This document shows, one piece after another, positions 1-9,905 of a DNA stretch of 64,000 nucleotides. Source of the DNA: Nannocystales bacterium. GTDB taxonomy: Bacteria > Myxococcota_A > Polyangia > Nannocystales > Nannocystaceae. The stretch's first letter is position 1. Each line of letters opens with the position of its first letter. The DNA is taken from NCBI GenBank assembly GCA_050633305.1, contig JBOEGF010000007.1:160001-224000 (forward strand), read 5' to 3'. The position numbers and the translations under genes were made by a program. The notes beneath the pieces are model-generated. The model was not told where the DNA came from and made no database searches. It saw only the letters and a program-made list of their open reading frames with translations.

Positions 1-38
1 TAAGGTAAGAGAAAAACGGGAGTTCGAGGGCGACGCTC

Positions 39-2363
39 TCAGTCGAGCGTCACGCCGGACCCGGAACACGTGTACCCGTAGGGGGTCCCATCGACGCCGT
101 TGTCGAGCACGAATGGGGCCAGCGCCCCGCAAAGGTCCTCAACGGAGGTGCCGGGAACGACCAACGTCGGGTCATCTTCCGTATCGATGTCACGGCTGGG
201 AACGCCGGCGAGCATGAACTGCGGCGTGTTGGTCAGCATGCCGGCAAGGCGACGGGCAGCTTGCTCGGCAGAACCCGCGCCAACGTCTCCGACCGTGTCC
301 GAGAGCGACACGCCCATCAGAGTCTCCAGCGCGGAGACCTCGGCCTCGGTGCGAATCGAGGGGTCGGTGATCATCCGGTCCTTGACCGCCGAGGCCACGT
401 CCCACATATCTGCCCCGGGCGTCTCCACAGCGGTGTCGATCAGCTGGGCGATCCAGTCATCGGTGGCGCACGCAGCTCCCTGTGGCCCAGTACAGGGGCC
501 GTTCATGCCGGGGTCGACGCCCTGCCCAAACTCGTTTTCGAGTCGGAGCATGACCAGCAGGTCGGTCCCGCTGAAGCCGGAGTCGCTGTCGCTGAGGAAC
601 GCGCCGGTGTCACGAAGCACGGCGGCGTCCTCGGGGCCATCGACGCAAGGGACGTCAGGCATGTTCGCGCCGCAACCGAACGCCGTCCCGAAGGCGCCGG
701 GGATCTCGTTGACCCCAGGCCCGAATACATCGGGTTTGTTCCACCACATCGCGTTCGCGATCGAATCGAGCAACACCCGCGAGCCGAGGCGGTGGACGGT
801 GTCGCCCACGCCGTTGCCTCGCATGGATGGATCGTTGGCCTCACGCGAGAACGGGTCAAACACCGGCGGAAGGTGGTACGGCGACGATGCTCCGCAGGTG
901 TCCGGAGGGGACTGGTTGAAGTACGGGTGTGTCGCGACGTCGGCGATGAGGTGGCGCAGGGAGAATTCGTTGGCCACGAAACTGTCGGTGAGTTCCTGGA
1001 GGATCTCGCGCTGCTGATCGTTGCGCGGGAAACCGTTGGCCACCTGCAATGGGAAGCCCATCGCGTGAGTCCACATGCGGTTCGACATGTGCATCGACAT
1101 CAAGTACGCACCGGCCGGTGCTGAGTCGACGCCGTTGTCATCGGCGATCTGCAGGCCGTCGCCACCACGCAGCTCGTCGAACCCACTGCGCATGTCGGCG
1201 TCGAGGTTGACGAGGGTGTCGTCGGGTCCGTGGTCGCCAAAGAGGAATCCGTCCCAACCGAGCGTGGAGTCCTGCGGGGTGAGGTCGACCGCACCACAGG
1301 AGAAGCCGAAGCCGAACGGCGTGATGTTGCCGCCCGAAGGGCCCCCGTTGATGAGTGTGTCCACCTGGCCCTCCGCGAATCCGTCGTATCGGAAGATCGC
1401 GTAGGAGCGTTCCTGCGACGCCTCTGGGGCGTCCGGACCGTAGGCTCCCAGTTCGAGGTAGCCCGCGACGGGGTGGTGCCGGTCGAACGCCGGGATGTCG
1501 CTGTCGGTGGTGGCGTACTCCGCCCGGTGGCACTCCATGCAGTCCGTCGTGCGTCCCATCATGGTCGCCTCGAACAGGCGTCCATAGTGGGCGACCCGCA
1601 TCTCCTCGAGCTCGGGATCGGTGACGTTGCCCGCGATGAAGGGTGCGGACAGGCGTGCGAAGGTCTCCGCGCGCAACAACGGTGACATGTCGTCGAGCCG
1701 CAGTGCGCTGAAGGTGACGTCGGGCATCCAGAACAGGTCTCCGCCGTACTGTGCGGTGACAGGGTTGTCGCGGATGAACTCTGCCAAGTCGGGGCTGTTG
1801 GCCTCGTTGCCGACGAGGTCGTAACAGGTCTCGTTGCGGCGGTCGCCCGAGAGGTTCACCCGCAGCTCCTCGAACATGTAGTCCTTGTAGCGGTTGAGGT
1901 AGGCGTCGCCCCGAAGCAGCCCAAGGGTGACTGCACGTCGGCCATCGTCGCCCTTCATGTCGATCTGCTCGATCATGCTGACGAGCAGGCGAACCTCGCG
2001 GATCGAGTCGGGTTTGCGCCCGTGCACGAGCGGGATGAGGCGCTTGACGAAGGCCTCATCGCCCGCGTCGCACAGCTCGGCTTCTTCGCCGGGTCCCACG
2101 GGCTCGCCGTCGTCGGTTCCGGGGTCATCGCCGTCGGTACCGTCGTTGTTGCCGGTGGGGTTGCCACCGGGGCCGCCGGAGGGACTGGAGTCGCTCGAGT
2201 CACCGGTGAAGCCCGAGTCGGTGTCCGGCAGATCGCCCGATCCGCCCGCTGTGTCGTCTCCGCACGCGGTCGCGGCGACCAACAGTGCTGCCGTGAGAAC
2301 TCGGGAGAGAGTGTGTCCGTGCGTCGTCATCGTGGGCCCCTGGGATTGTGAAAACACGCTCAT
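39..2363 (-). CDS. Large lipoprotein with one CxxCH haem motif, DUF1549/DUF1553 (PSCyt)-like partner of DUF1501
   Basis: C-terminal 774 aa of ORF 39..2993. ATG at 2363 overlaps the upstream stop (ATGA); alternative start 2330. Lipobox ATAC, acidic tether, DEAFVKRLIPLVHGRKP (DUF1549-like), CMECH. Confidence 0.7.
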   Translation of the reverse strand: MSVFSQSQGPTMTTHGHTLSRVLTAALLVAATACGDDTAGGSGDLPDTDSGFTGDSSDSSPSGGPGGNPTGNNDGTDGDDPGTDDGEPVGPGEEAELCDAGDEAFVKRLIPLVHGRKPDSIREVRLLVSMIEQIDMKGDDGRRAVTLGLLRGDAYLNRYKDYMFEELRVNLSGDRRNETCYDLVGNEANSPDLAEFIRDNPVTAQYGGDLFWMPDVTFSALRLDDMSPLLRAETFARLSAPFIAGNVTDPELEEMRVAHYGRLFEATMMGRTTDCMECHRAEYATTDSDIPAFDRHHPVAGYLELGAYGPDAPEASQERSYAIFRYDGFAEGQVDTLINGGPSGGNITPFGFGFSCGAVDLTPQDSTLGWDGFLFGDHGPDDTLVNLDADMRSGFDELRGGDGLQIADDNGVDSAPAGAYLMSMHMSNRMWTHAMGFPLQVANGFPRNDQQREILQELTDSFVANEFSLRHLIADVATHPYFNQSPPDTCGASSPYHLPPVFDPFSREANDPSMRGNGVGDTVHRLGSRVLLDSIANAMWWNKPDVFGPGVNEIPGAFGTAFGCGANMPDVPCVDGPEDAAVLRDTGAFLSDSDSGFSGTDLLVMLRLENEFGQGVDPGMNGPCTGPQGAACATDDWIAQLIDTAVETPGADMWDVASAVKDRMITDPSIRTEAEVSALETLMGVSLSDTVGDVGAGSAEQAARRLAGMLTNTPQFMLAGVPSRDIDTEDDPTLVVPGTSVEDLCGALAPFVLDNGVDGTPYGYTCSGSGVTLD

Positions 2364-3985
2364 GCCTCGACTCCTTCGAGTCCGAGGAACTCGTCGCGAA
2401 TCGCAGTCGCCGCCTCGACCTCGTCGATGTAGCCGCCGTCGGAGACGTTGTAGGACTGGGTGGAGAACGGGTAGATGCCCAGTGACTGCAGGACCATCAT
2501 GCGGCTCTGCGCCGGGCTGACCGCGGTGGTGGCGAAGCCGTCCGTTTCGGACATTGCCCCATAGACCGAAGGCCCGATGAGGTTGTTCGGGAGGCTCGGA
2601 TGCGACATGGGTCCGCCGATGAACATCTGCACGTAGCCGCCGGGGTGGTGGTTCGTTCCGGTACCGTTTCCTTGTTGGAAGGGCTGGCGGCCGAACTCGG
2701 TGTTGATGACGACCATCTGCCGGTCCAGGTCGATCCGGTTCTCGTCGCCGTCGCGCGGGTTCATCGGGTCGACGATCTGGTCCAGCAGGGATGAGAACGT
2801 GTTGGAGTAGTTGGTGGCGTTGTAGCGGACGCTGGCCGCGTGGACATCGTGTCCCCCGGTGGGGCGGGGCTGAATGCCCGCGTCGATCCACAACACGTAT
2901 CGCGCGGCGTTCTGCTCGCGCGTGAGCAGGCTGGAGGCGAGGCGGGCCTGCATGGCCGGCATGTTGTCCGCGACGCCCATGTTCGTCTGACACAGCTGCG
3001 CCGGAGCGGCGATGCTGTTGAAGAGGTCCGAACTCAGGATGTCGGTGAGGACGGGCGCGTTCTCGCGGGCGAAGGCCGAGAAGTCGTAGTTCGCACGTTC
3101 GGCCGAGCGGGCTGCGGTGCTGTGACCGAAGCTCTTGAGCCGGCCGGTGTACTCGGCCCGGTAGTAGGCGACCGCATCGTCGAAGGCGTCGGGGTTGTCG
3201 ATCGCGGTGCGGGCCAGCAGGTTGGTCAACTCGGAGTCCGGCTCCACCGAGACCACGAGCGGCCGGGCGGAGCCAGGGTGCGCACCCACGGACGAGGCCG
3301 CGACGGCATTGAACGGCGCGTAGCCGGCCGGAGACAGCACGTAGGAGTACGGCGCGGGTCGGATGCCGCCGCCGCCCTTGCCGTCCTCATTCTCGGTGAA
3401 GTAGCGCTGGATGGCCGTCCCCAGGCCTGCCATGCGCGGGTTTCCGAGGCCGAGTCCAGTGAACGACTTGGGGTTGGCACCCTCGTGCGCAACCTGGTCG
3501 TGCGCGGTCACGACGATGCGCATGCGGGCGATGACGTCCGGGCGGCTCCAGAACGGCCACGTCCAAGGGCCGAGGTGCAGCTCGTTGCCGTCGGCGTCGG
3601 TCGCCCCCAACGGTTGCGTCATCTCGGCGTACCCGGTCTGGCACGAGTCCCATCGTCCCTGGAGGGTATCGATCGCCTGCCGACCCTCCGAGGCTGGTGA
3701 GGCCTCGTCGAAGACGTGCATGAACCGGAAGTCGTCCTGGCCGAACTCCGGGATCGTGTAGAAGGTGTCGAAGCAGCTCATGCCGCCGTTGACGTGCAGC
3801 TCGAGCACGCCCTCGGGCTGGAGCTCGGTCGGCAAGAAGGCGGCCGCCTTCGCCTTGTCGTCCATCGGCCACGCCCCCCAGCCGGCTGCGCTGGCACCCC
3901 GGGGGTACTTGAGGATGGAGAACACACCCGCACCCGCGACGGCGGTCGCGGAGGCGGCGGACTTGATAAAGGATCTGCGCTTCAT
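2360..3985 (-). CDS. Tat-exported DUF1501-like protein
   Basis: Twin-arginine leader MKRRSFIKSA; GGMSCFDTF, GGHDVH, VVINTEFGRQP and GTNHHP motifs typical of DUF1501. Confidence 0.8.
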   Translation of the reverse strand: MKRRSFIKSAASATAVAGAGVFSILKYPRGASAAGWGAWPMDDKAKAAAFLPTELQPEGVLELHVNGGMSCFDTFYTIPEFGQDDFRFMHVFDEASPASEGRQAIDTLQGRWDSCQTGYAEMTQPLGATDADGNELHLGPWTWPFWSRPDVIARMRIVVTAHDQVAHEGANPKSFTGLGLGNPRMAGLGTAIQRYFTENEDGKGGGGIRPAPYSYVLSPAGYAPFNAVAASSVGAHPGSARPLVVSVEPDSELTNLLARTAIDNPDAFDDAVAYYRAEYTGRLKSFGHSTAARSAERANYDFSAFARENAPVLTDILSSDLFNSIAAPAQLCQTNMGVADNMPAMQARLASSLLTREQNAARYVLWIDAGIQPRPTGGHDVHAASVRYNATNYSNTFSSLLDQIVDPMNPRDGDENRIDLDRQMVVINTEFGRQPFQQGNGTGTNHHPGGYVQMFIGGPMSHPSLPNNLIGPSVYGAMSETDGFATTAVSPAQSRMMVLQSLGIYPFSTQSYNVSDGGYIDEVEAATAIRDEFLGLEGVEA

Positions 3986-4008
3986 GGAGGGACTTCCTGA
4001 GGCCGGGA

Positions 4009-5097
4009 CTAGAAAAGCTCGATGTAGCCCCACTGGGCGTAGCGAGAGAGGACGCGGACGGTGCCGTCGGTGAACGGCACTTCTTCGAAATGCTCGCGGG
4101 AGACGATGAGCGTGGCGGGTCCCGCGGTGAGGATGGAGAGGTCGGCGGAGGGGATGGTGTAGCTGCCGTCGTCGGCGGCATTGACGGTGAACATGCGGCC
4201 AAACATGTCGAACACGCGGATCACCAGTCGGGTGTCTTCACCGGCCTCGCCGGTCCACGAGACCTCGAGGTCTTCGTCCATCGCGACCTGTGTCCCAAAC
4301 GTGACGACATCGGGGCTGGTGACCTCGAGGGCGTCGGGGGTGTGGACTTGTCCGGCGAGCGAGTTGGTCTCGAACAGGTCTCCGCCGTAGAGGACGATGT
4401 CGTATTCGGCGCTGGGTTCCCACGTCGCGGGGTCGGGTGCGCAGCCCTCGGGCTGGTTGGTGGAGGTCGTCGCGGCATAGACCGGGTAGTTCGGAACCAT
4501 CGTGCCGCTGCTGGGCGGGAACTCAACCTCTGCGCTGCCCCCGTAGAAAAGCAGACACGCGGTTGCTTCCGCGTCATCGCGGCGCAGCTTCATCCCGTTG
4601 CCCGCGAGCAGCCATTGCGTTGGGCCGCCCCATTCGAACGTTCCGGGGACGGCGTTCTGATCGAGGGTGTCGAGGTCGGCCGGCGGGGTCGGCCATTGGG
4701 TTCCGAGTCCGAACACGCCGAAGAAATCCTCGACGTCGTCGATGTCGTCGTCCGCGGTCCGCCACGCACCTGCCATGCCCAGGAGTGGCTCGGGGTTGGC
4801 TGCGTCGGCTGCGAAGAAGGTGAAGCTCAACGTGCCGCGGAGGTCTCCCTCGCCCAGCGTGTCGTACTCCTGTCCGGAGCCGCCCGAACTGTCGGCGCCG
4901 CTTGGGTCGGTGGGGTTGTCGCTGTCCGAAGCGGTCGTTCCCTCGCTGTTCCCCGTGAAGCCGGAGTCGGAGTCGCCGACCATCGGATCGGAGCCGTCGG
5001 TGGAGTCACCGCAGGCCACAAGCAGGGCCAGAGGCAACATGGCCAAAGGGCCGAGCCGCAAAGGCCGGGAGACCGGGTGTGTTCGGCGCATACGCAT
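4009..5097 (-). CDS. Lipoprotein of unknown function with C-terminal Ig-like beta domain
   Basis: Lipobox LLVAC, D/S/T-rich tether, DLEVSWTG...ADDGSYTIP C-terminal module; first gene of an apparent 3-gene operon. Confidence 0.75.
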   Translation of the reverse strand: MRMRRTHPVSRPLRLGPLAMLPLALLVACGDSTDGSDPMVGDSDSGFTGNSEGTTASDSDNPTDPSGADSSGGSGQEYDTLGEGDLRGTLSFTFFAADAANPEPLLGMAGAWRTADDDIDDVEDFFGVFGLGTQWPTPPADLDTLDQNAVPGTFEWGGPTQWLLAGNGMKLRRDDAEATACLLFYGGSAEVEFPPSSGTMVPNYPVYAATTSTNQPEGCAPDPATWEPSAEYDIVLYGGDLFETNSLAGQVHTPDALEVTSPDVVTFGTQVAMDEDLEVSWTGEAGEDTRLVIRVFDMFGRMFTVNAADDGSYTIPSADLSILTAGPATLIVSREHFEEVPFTDGTVRVLSRYAQWGYIELF

Positions 5098-5211
5098 CGG
5101 AGCTCGCAGGGCAGGTGTGCTCGGACATCGCCCCAGCCCCCACCACACAGCCCAGTCTGTAGGGGCAAAAGATGTATTTCAACCCGCACGCAAGGCATGC
5201 GCAGCTGGGGG

Positions 5212-5985
5212 CTAGGACGCCTCGCGGCGACCGAAGCGTGAGTAGCGCCATTGACCCGAGACTTCGTGCCGGAGTGCTCGAGCGCCGATCGGCGCCAACG
5301 CGCCGCCTCCGGGCATCCCCTCAAACACCACGGGCCCACGCAGCGCGTGAGGCAGGTCTGATTCGAGGAATTCTGAGAGCCAGAGCTCGTCCACCAGCAC
5401 CGGGTCCGCGTAGAGGGCGCGGGCAGTACTGGGCCCCGCCTCGATGGAGATCGTCGTCGCGCCCAATGCGCGAGCCCATGCGATCGCCTCGCGGGGTGAG
5501 GGCAGCTTCAATCCAATGACATCGATGTGTCCGGGCACCCGGGGCCGGAGCGCGCGGGCTGCGTCCTGCGATGTGAGGACGACGGGTCGCGCCCACCCGT
5601 GGAACGCGGGGTGGTCGAGGTCCAGGTCGCGACCCGAGGTCAGCACCGCGACCTTCGGGGGATCGGCCCGCCGCATGGCGGCCTTGCGCCATGCCAACAT
5701 CCCCGGCGCCCACGCGGCGGGGAGGGAGTAGTCGAGGTGTGGCTCCTCGCGGAGGATACGTCCGGTTGTGACGATGACGTCGGCGCGCGCTCGCGCGAGG
5801 TTGAGCAGGAAGAAGTCGGTGTCGCTCTTGGGACTCTGCTCCGTGATCCGGATGACGTGTCGTGCGTCGCCCCTCGGCCACGTTGAGACGACGTGCAGAA
5901 CCCCTGCGTCGCGGGCGAGTGCCTCCTGTCCCCATAGGCCATGGAGCATCGACTCGACGTCGAACGGATCAGAGTCCACGGGCAC
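5212..5985 (-). CDS. RibD C-terminal / dihydrofolate-reductase-fold protein
   Basis: LARARADVIVTTGRILREEP, VAVLTSG, ISIEAGPST, LVDELWLS. Start uncertain (GTG 5985/5979 or ATG 5949), overlapping the lipase stop. Confidence 0.75.
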   Translation of the reverse strand: MPVDSDPFDVESMLHGLWGQEALARDAGVLHVVSTWPRGDARHVIRITEQSPKSDTDFFLLNLARARADVIVTTGRILREEPHLDYSLPAAWAPGMLAWRKAAMRRADPPKVAVLTSGRDLDLDHPAFHGWARPVVLTSQDAARALRPRVPGHIDVIGLKLPSPREAIAWARALGATTISIEAGPSTARALYADPVLVDELWLSEFLESDLPHALRGPVVFEGMPGGGALAPIGARALRHEVSGQWRYSRFGRREAS

Positions 5986-7102
5986 GAAGGTAGCCGACGA
6001 CGTTGCGGTAGAACACGAGATGATCGAAGGGATTGTCCCCTCCAGATCCGTCTCCAAAGAGGTGACCGATCTCGTCGATGTGATCGGCGGGAATGCAGCC
6101 GAGGAAGGTTCCCCACTTCGCATCCTCGACCCGTACAAGCCCGTCGTTGGGGATCGAGCTGAGAAGACCGCCGTCGACGATGGCCTCCGCGGCAGCAAAC
6201 AGTGGGTCGATGGGATCTCCGACGCCCGCCCAGTTTGCGAGGAAGGGCGGCGCGTCTTCGGATGCGCACTCGGACGGCGCCAGTTCGTTGTCCGAGCGGC
6301 CCGCAATCGAGGCGTAGGCGACCCCTGGGGCGTCGGGGTAGGTCTTGTTGAACTCAGCGATGCCGTCGGTTGAGAACTGCTCCATGGACGCGACGAGGGA
6401 TGTACTGCTGTCGATTGCGCCCCACAGGGGGCCGCCGAACAGCTGCACCAGCACGTCGATGACACCGCCGCCGGGGATCAGCAGCGCGTAGTCGGCGATG
6501 GGCGAGCCGTGGTGCGGCGTGGAGACGGTCGTCACCGACGCGACGATGTCGGGCCGCAGGTGTGCGACCACGCGGGCATCGAGTCCGCCTTGGGAGTGTC
6601 CGATCAGGTTGACCTTGTCCGCCCCGGTTTCTTCGATCGCGGCCTCGACCGCCGCGAGCAGTTGCATCCCACGCGTGGTCGAGTCGTTGAACGGATCGAC
6701 AGCGGGCGTGTAGACATCGAGTTCGCCGAGTTCGATCAGATCCTCTCGGACGCCCCAGTAGTAGTCGACGAAACCGGCGCCGGCGAAGTCTTCGAAGCCG
6801 AAGAACCCATGCGCAAGCACGATGGGGTAGGGCCCGGCTTGGACGTCTCCGGTCGAGGTTGAATCATCCTCCGCCGAAGCGCTGCTCGAGCTGGTCTGTG
6901 CCGACGAGGAGGAGGACTCGAGGCGGCCGGATCCCTCCGCGGAGGCGGCGGTTGGGTTTCCAGTTGCGGTGGTCAGCGCGGATGCGGCTGTCGTCGAGCT
7001 GGAGGCTGTCCCTGTGCCTCCCTCGGTGTCCCCGCCGACCGAAGAAAAGCCGCCACAGCCGACCAGCCCCAGCACCAACCCTCCTGCGATCGAGCGCACC
7101 AT
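5969..7102 (-). CDS. Lipoprotein triacylglycerol lipase (family I alpha/beta hydrolase)
   Basis: YPIVLAHGFFG oxyanion motif, GHSQG nucleophile elbow, TPHHGS, NDGLV, ADHIDEIG; lipobox LVGC. Confidence 0.9.
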   Translation of the reverse strand: MVRSIAGGLVLGLVGCGGFSSVGGDTEGGTGTASSSTTAASALTTATGNPTAASAEGSGRLESSSSSAQTSSSSASAEDDSTSTGDVQAGPYPIVLAHGFFGFEDFAGAGFVDYYWGVREDLIELGELDVYTPAVDPFNDSTTRGMQLLAAVEAAIEETGADKVNLIGHSQGGLDARVVAHLRPDIVASVTTVSTPHHGSPIADYALLIPGGGVIDVLVQLFGGPLWGAIDSSTSLVASMEQFSTDGIAEFNKTYPDAPGVAYASIAGRSDNELAPSECASEDAPPFLANWAGVGDPIDPLFAAAEAIVDGGLLSSIPNDGLVRVEDAKWGTFLGCIPADHIDEIGHLFGDGSGGDNPFDHLVFYRNVVGYLRARGL

Positions 7103-7142
7103 CACGCCAAGGATAGGCCGACTCGGAGCCGCGGGGGGGCTG

Positions 7143-8897
7143 ATGTATGCTCCCGCCGTGGATCGACAGCTGCCGCGCGCGACCTCCAACGCTATCGACC
7201 TCTACATCCGCACGTACTACTCGCTGCTGCGAAGTTCGGGCGATGTACGGGTTCGGGCCTTCGAAGAGGCACACATCTTCAGCGAGTCCAGCCTGCACTC
7301 AGGCGCCAAGGACGAGAAGCCCGACGTGGCGGCCTTTGCCTATGCGGCCGCTCGGCTTCCCGGATGCATGCCGTCGGTCAAGCGGCTGATCCTCGGCCAA
7401 TCGTCCGAGCAGTTCGTGTCCTCTGGTTTCGATGTCAGCGACTGGCAGGTCGTGACGGCGCGTGGGCGCCGTCGGCCCAACCGTTGGAGCAACGAAGACT
7501 GCCTCGCCGTCTACATCACCAGCGCGACGGACATCGATGACCTGGTGCCGATCATCACCGCGTACCAGCTCGAGTGGAACAAGATGCACCGCGCGCTCTC
7601 GTTGAAGCCGCTGGGCGCCCAGATCGCGGCTGGCGAGGTGGTGGATGGTCCCGAGCTACACGCCGCTTTGGCCGAGGCTCTGGGGCTGAGCGAAGCGGAC
7701 GCCGACATGTTGTGGCCGGCGCTGGGCCCCAAGCCGCTCGAGGTCCTCGCGTCGATTGCGAGCCGCGAAGTCGACCTGTCGATCCGGCTGATCGCCGGCA
7801 CGCTTCTGGAGTACCGCCGCGCCACGCAGCGCTGGTGGTTTGGCGTCGAGTCGGCCTACCGCAAGCCCGATGCTCCGCCGCGCCCGGTGTACTTCGTGTC
7901 CTCGAACACGCACGTGCTGGTGAACCTGCTCGGCGGGTACGCGCGAACCCACCGCGACAAGATCTTCGACTTCGCCCGGGAGTCCAACCCTGAGGGGCTC
8001 GCCGACGATGTGACCCGCGTCGCTGCCGAGGGGGAAGAGAACGAGCTCAACAACCTGAGCTACTACCTCCTACGCCAGTACCTGCATGCGGACGAGAAGC
8101 AGGAGCGTATCGCGGAGGTTCAGGCGTGGGACGCCACATGCGGCTTGTCGACGTTGACCTCTCCGGGTGAGCTCGATGTCCACGCGCAGCTGGTGGAGCT
8201 GTGCAAGCTGCGACCCGAGCGTTTGGACCCTCGGGTGCGCGTGCCCGGGCTCGAAGCGCTGGCGGAGTCAGACGCGGTCATCATCAACATCGACTATCCG
8301 CTTGGGATGGCCGCCTACCATCACCTCACGCAGCTCGCGCAGGGCGTGGCGGACATTCGTGGCATCTACGTCATGGGCAAGGCCGCCACGCTCAACGGAC
8401 GAGTTGGGGATGTGATGCTCTCGACGACGGCGTACGACGAGCACTCCGAGAACACCTACCTGTACCGCAACTGCTTCGAGGCCGAGGACATCGCCCCGTA
8501 CGTCCAGCACGGCACCGTGCTCGACAACCAGAAGGCGTTGACGGTCCGAGGGGCGTTCCTGCAGAACGCGGACTACATGCGCACGTACTACGGCGAGGGG
8601 TACACCGTGCTGGAGATGGAGTCGGGACCCTACCTCTCGGCGGTCTACGAGATGGTCTATCCCAAGCGGCACCCGAAGAACGAGGTGGTGCACCTGAGCA
8701 ACCTGCTCCCGTTCGAGTTCGGCATCATCCACTACGCCTCGGACACGCCGTACTCCAAGCGACAGAGCCTGCTGAGCAAGAGCCTTTCGTACTTCGGGAT
8801 GGACAGCACCTACGGATGCGCGGTCGCGATCACCCGCCGGATCCTCGAGCAAGAGGTCGCGCGGCTGGCCAAACTCAAGGGCGCCTCGCGCAGCTGA
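7143..8897 (+). CDS. Conserved hypothetical (DUF6909-like) protein with nucleoside-phosphorylase-like C-terminus
   Basis: AIDLYIRTYYSLLRSSG N-terminus; YVMGKAATLNGRVGDVML, LEMESGPY and HYASDTP resemble PNP/UDP-fold motifs. Start at ATG 7143 or GTG 7158. Confidence 0.7.
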   Translation: MYAPAVDRQLPRATSNAIDLYIRTYYSLLRSSGDVRVRAFEEAHIFSESSLHSGAKDEKPDVAAFAYAAARLPGCMPSVKRLILGQSSEQFVSSGFDVSDWQVVTARGRRRPNRWSNEDCLAVYITSATDIDDLVPIITAYQLEWNKMHRALSLKPLGAQIAAGEVVDGPELHAALAEALGLSEADADMLWPALGPKPLEVLASIASREVDLSIRLIAGTLLEYRRATQRWWFGVESAYRKPDAPPRPVYFVSSNTHVLVNLLGGYARTHRDKIFDFARESNPEGLADDVTRVAAEGEENELNNLSYYLLRQYLHADEKQERIAEVQAWDATCGLSTLTSPGELDVHAQLVELCKLRPERLDPRVRVPGLEALAESDAVIINIDYPLGMAAYHHLTQLAQGVADIRGIYVMGKAATLNGRVGDVMLSTTAYDEHSENTYLYRNCFEAEDIAPYVQHGTVLDNQKALTVRGAFLQNADYMRTYYGEGYTVLEMESGPYLSAVYEMVYPKRHPKNEVVHLSNLLPFEFGIIHYASDTPYSKRQSLLSKSLSYFGMDSTYGCAVAITRRILEQEVARLAKLKGASRS

Positions 8898-8903
8898 GGA
8901 CGC

Positions 8904-9773
8904 TCAGCGTGCCAGCAGTTGGTCGAGCAGCGGCCGATGGACGTCGGCCTCCGACTCGCCCATCTCGATGGTCTGGTCCAGGAGGTCCGGTCTCGTGTAG
9001 TCCCAGCGCTCGATGGGAACCGGGCGAGTCGGCGCCACGTAGGTCCGGCTGCCGCGGGCGCCGAGGCTCTGCTCGGGGTACGGACGCGTGAGCAGGACGA
9101 GGTTCCCGCGGACGCCGGACGCTTGCTCGGCGGCGTCAGCGGGAACGTTGTCCACCAACGAGCCGTCGAGCAGCCGCTGACCCCGGAACTTGCCCACCGG
9201 GGTGAAGGGCGGGGTGGACGAGCTGGCGATCACCAGGTCGGAAAGTTCCTCCGGTGAAGTGCAGTCGCGCGCGTCGACGAGCTTGGGTCGGAACCCCAAC
9301 TTGCGCGCCATCTGCGGGTGAACACGAGCGGGCTCGAGACGTTTCTCGAGGTTGTACGTCCCGAAGCCCAGCATGGCTCCTGCGGCGGCGGGCACAGCCC
9401 GAGGGAACGCGGCGGTCAAGATCCAGATCGGAAACGGCGCCTCCTGAATCCGTTCGAGGCCGCCGTCGCTGTACGCACACAGCAGCGTGTCTCGATAGAT
9501 CGGTCCATGCGGGGCGGGAGACTGACCGCGTAGAACTCGGGCCCAACTGAGGTTCTTCGAGACGCCGGCCCGGCGGGCGCGCCAGAAGTCCCGTGTGATG
9601 CGTTCTCGCCCGCTGAGCCAAAGCGTCGAGACGCATGCACCCGCGCTGACGGCTGCGATCGCGGCAACGCGGGGGCGGAGGCGGTGCTCCCAGCCGTGCA
9701 ACAGCCCGAGCTGGTAGAACGCTCGGTTGCCACCGCCAGCGAAGGTGATCGCAATGTTGCGCCGTGCGCCCAC
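8904..9773 (-). CDS. Patatin-like phospholipase
   Basis: FAGGGNRAFYQLG, AVSAG (nucleophile), ASSSTPPF, LDGSLVDNVP. Confidence 0.85.
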   Translation of the reverse strand: MGARRNIAITFAGGGNRAFYQLGLLHGWEHRLRPRVAAIAAVSAGACVSTLWLSGRERITRDFWRARRAGVSKNLSWARVLRGQSPAPHGPIYRDTLLCAYSDGGLERIQEAPFPIWILTAAFPRAVPAAAGAMLGFGTYNLEKRLEPARVHPQMARKLGFRPKLVDARDCTSPEELSDLVIASSSTPPFTPVGKFRGQRLLDGSLVDNVPADAAEQASGVRGNLVLLTRPYPEQSLGARGSRTYVAPTRPVPIERWDYTRPDLLDQTIEMGESEADVHRPLLDQLLAR

Positions 9774-9905
9774 ACACCGCACTGTGGCGGGCTGGGCTCG
9801 GGTGCGCAAGGACGCTGCGGGCGCGAGGAGGACGCGGAAGACGTCCCACGCAGTGCATCACGGCACCCAAGCCACGCAGAGCTTCGTTTCTCGTCGCTCA
9901 CGGGT

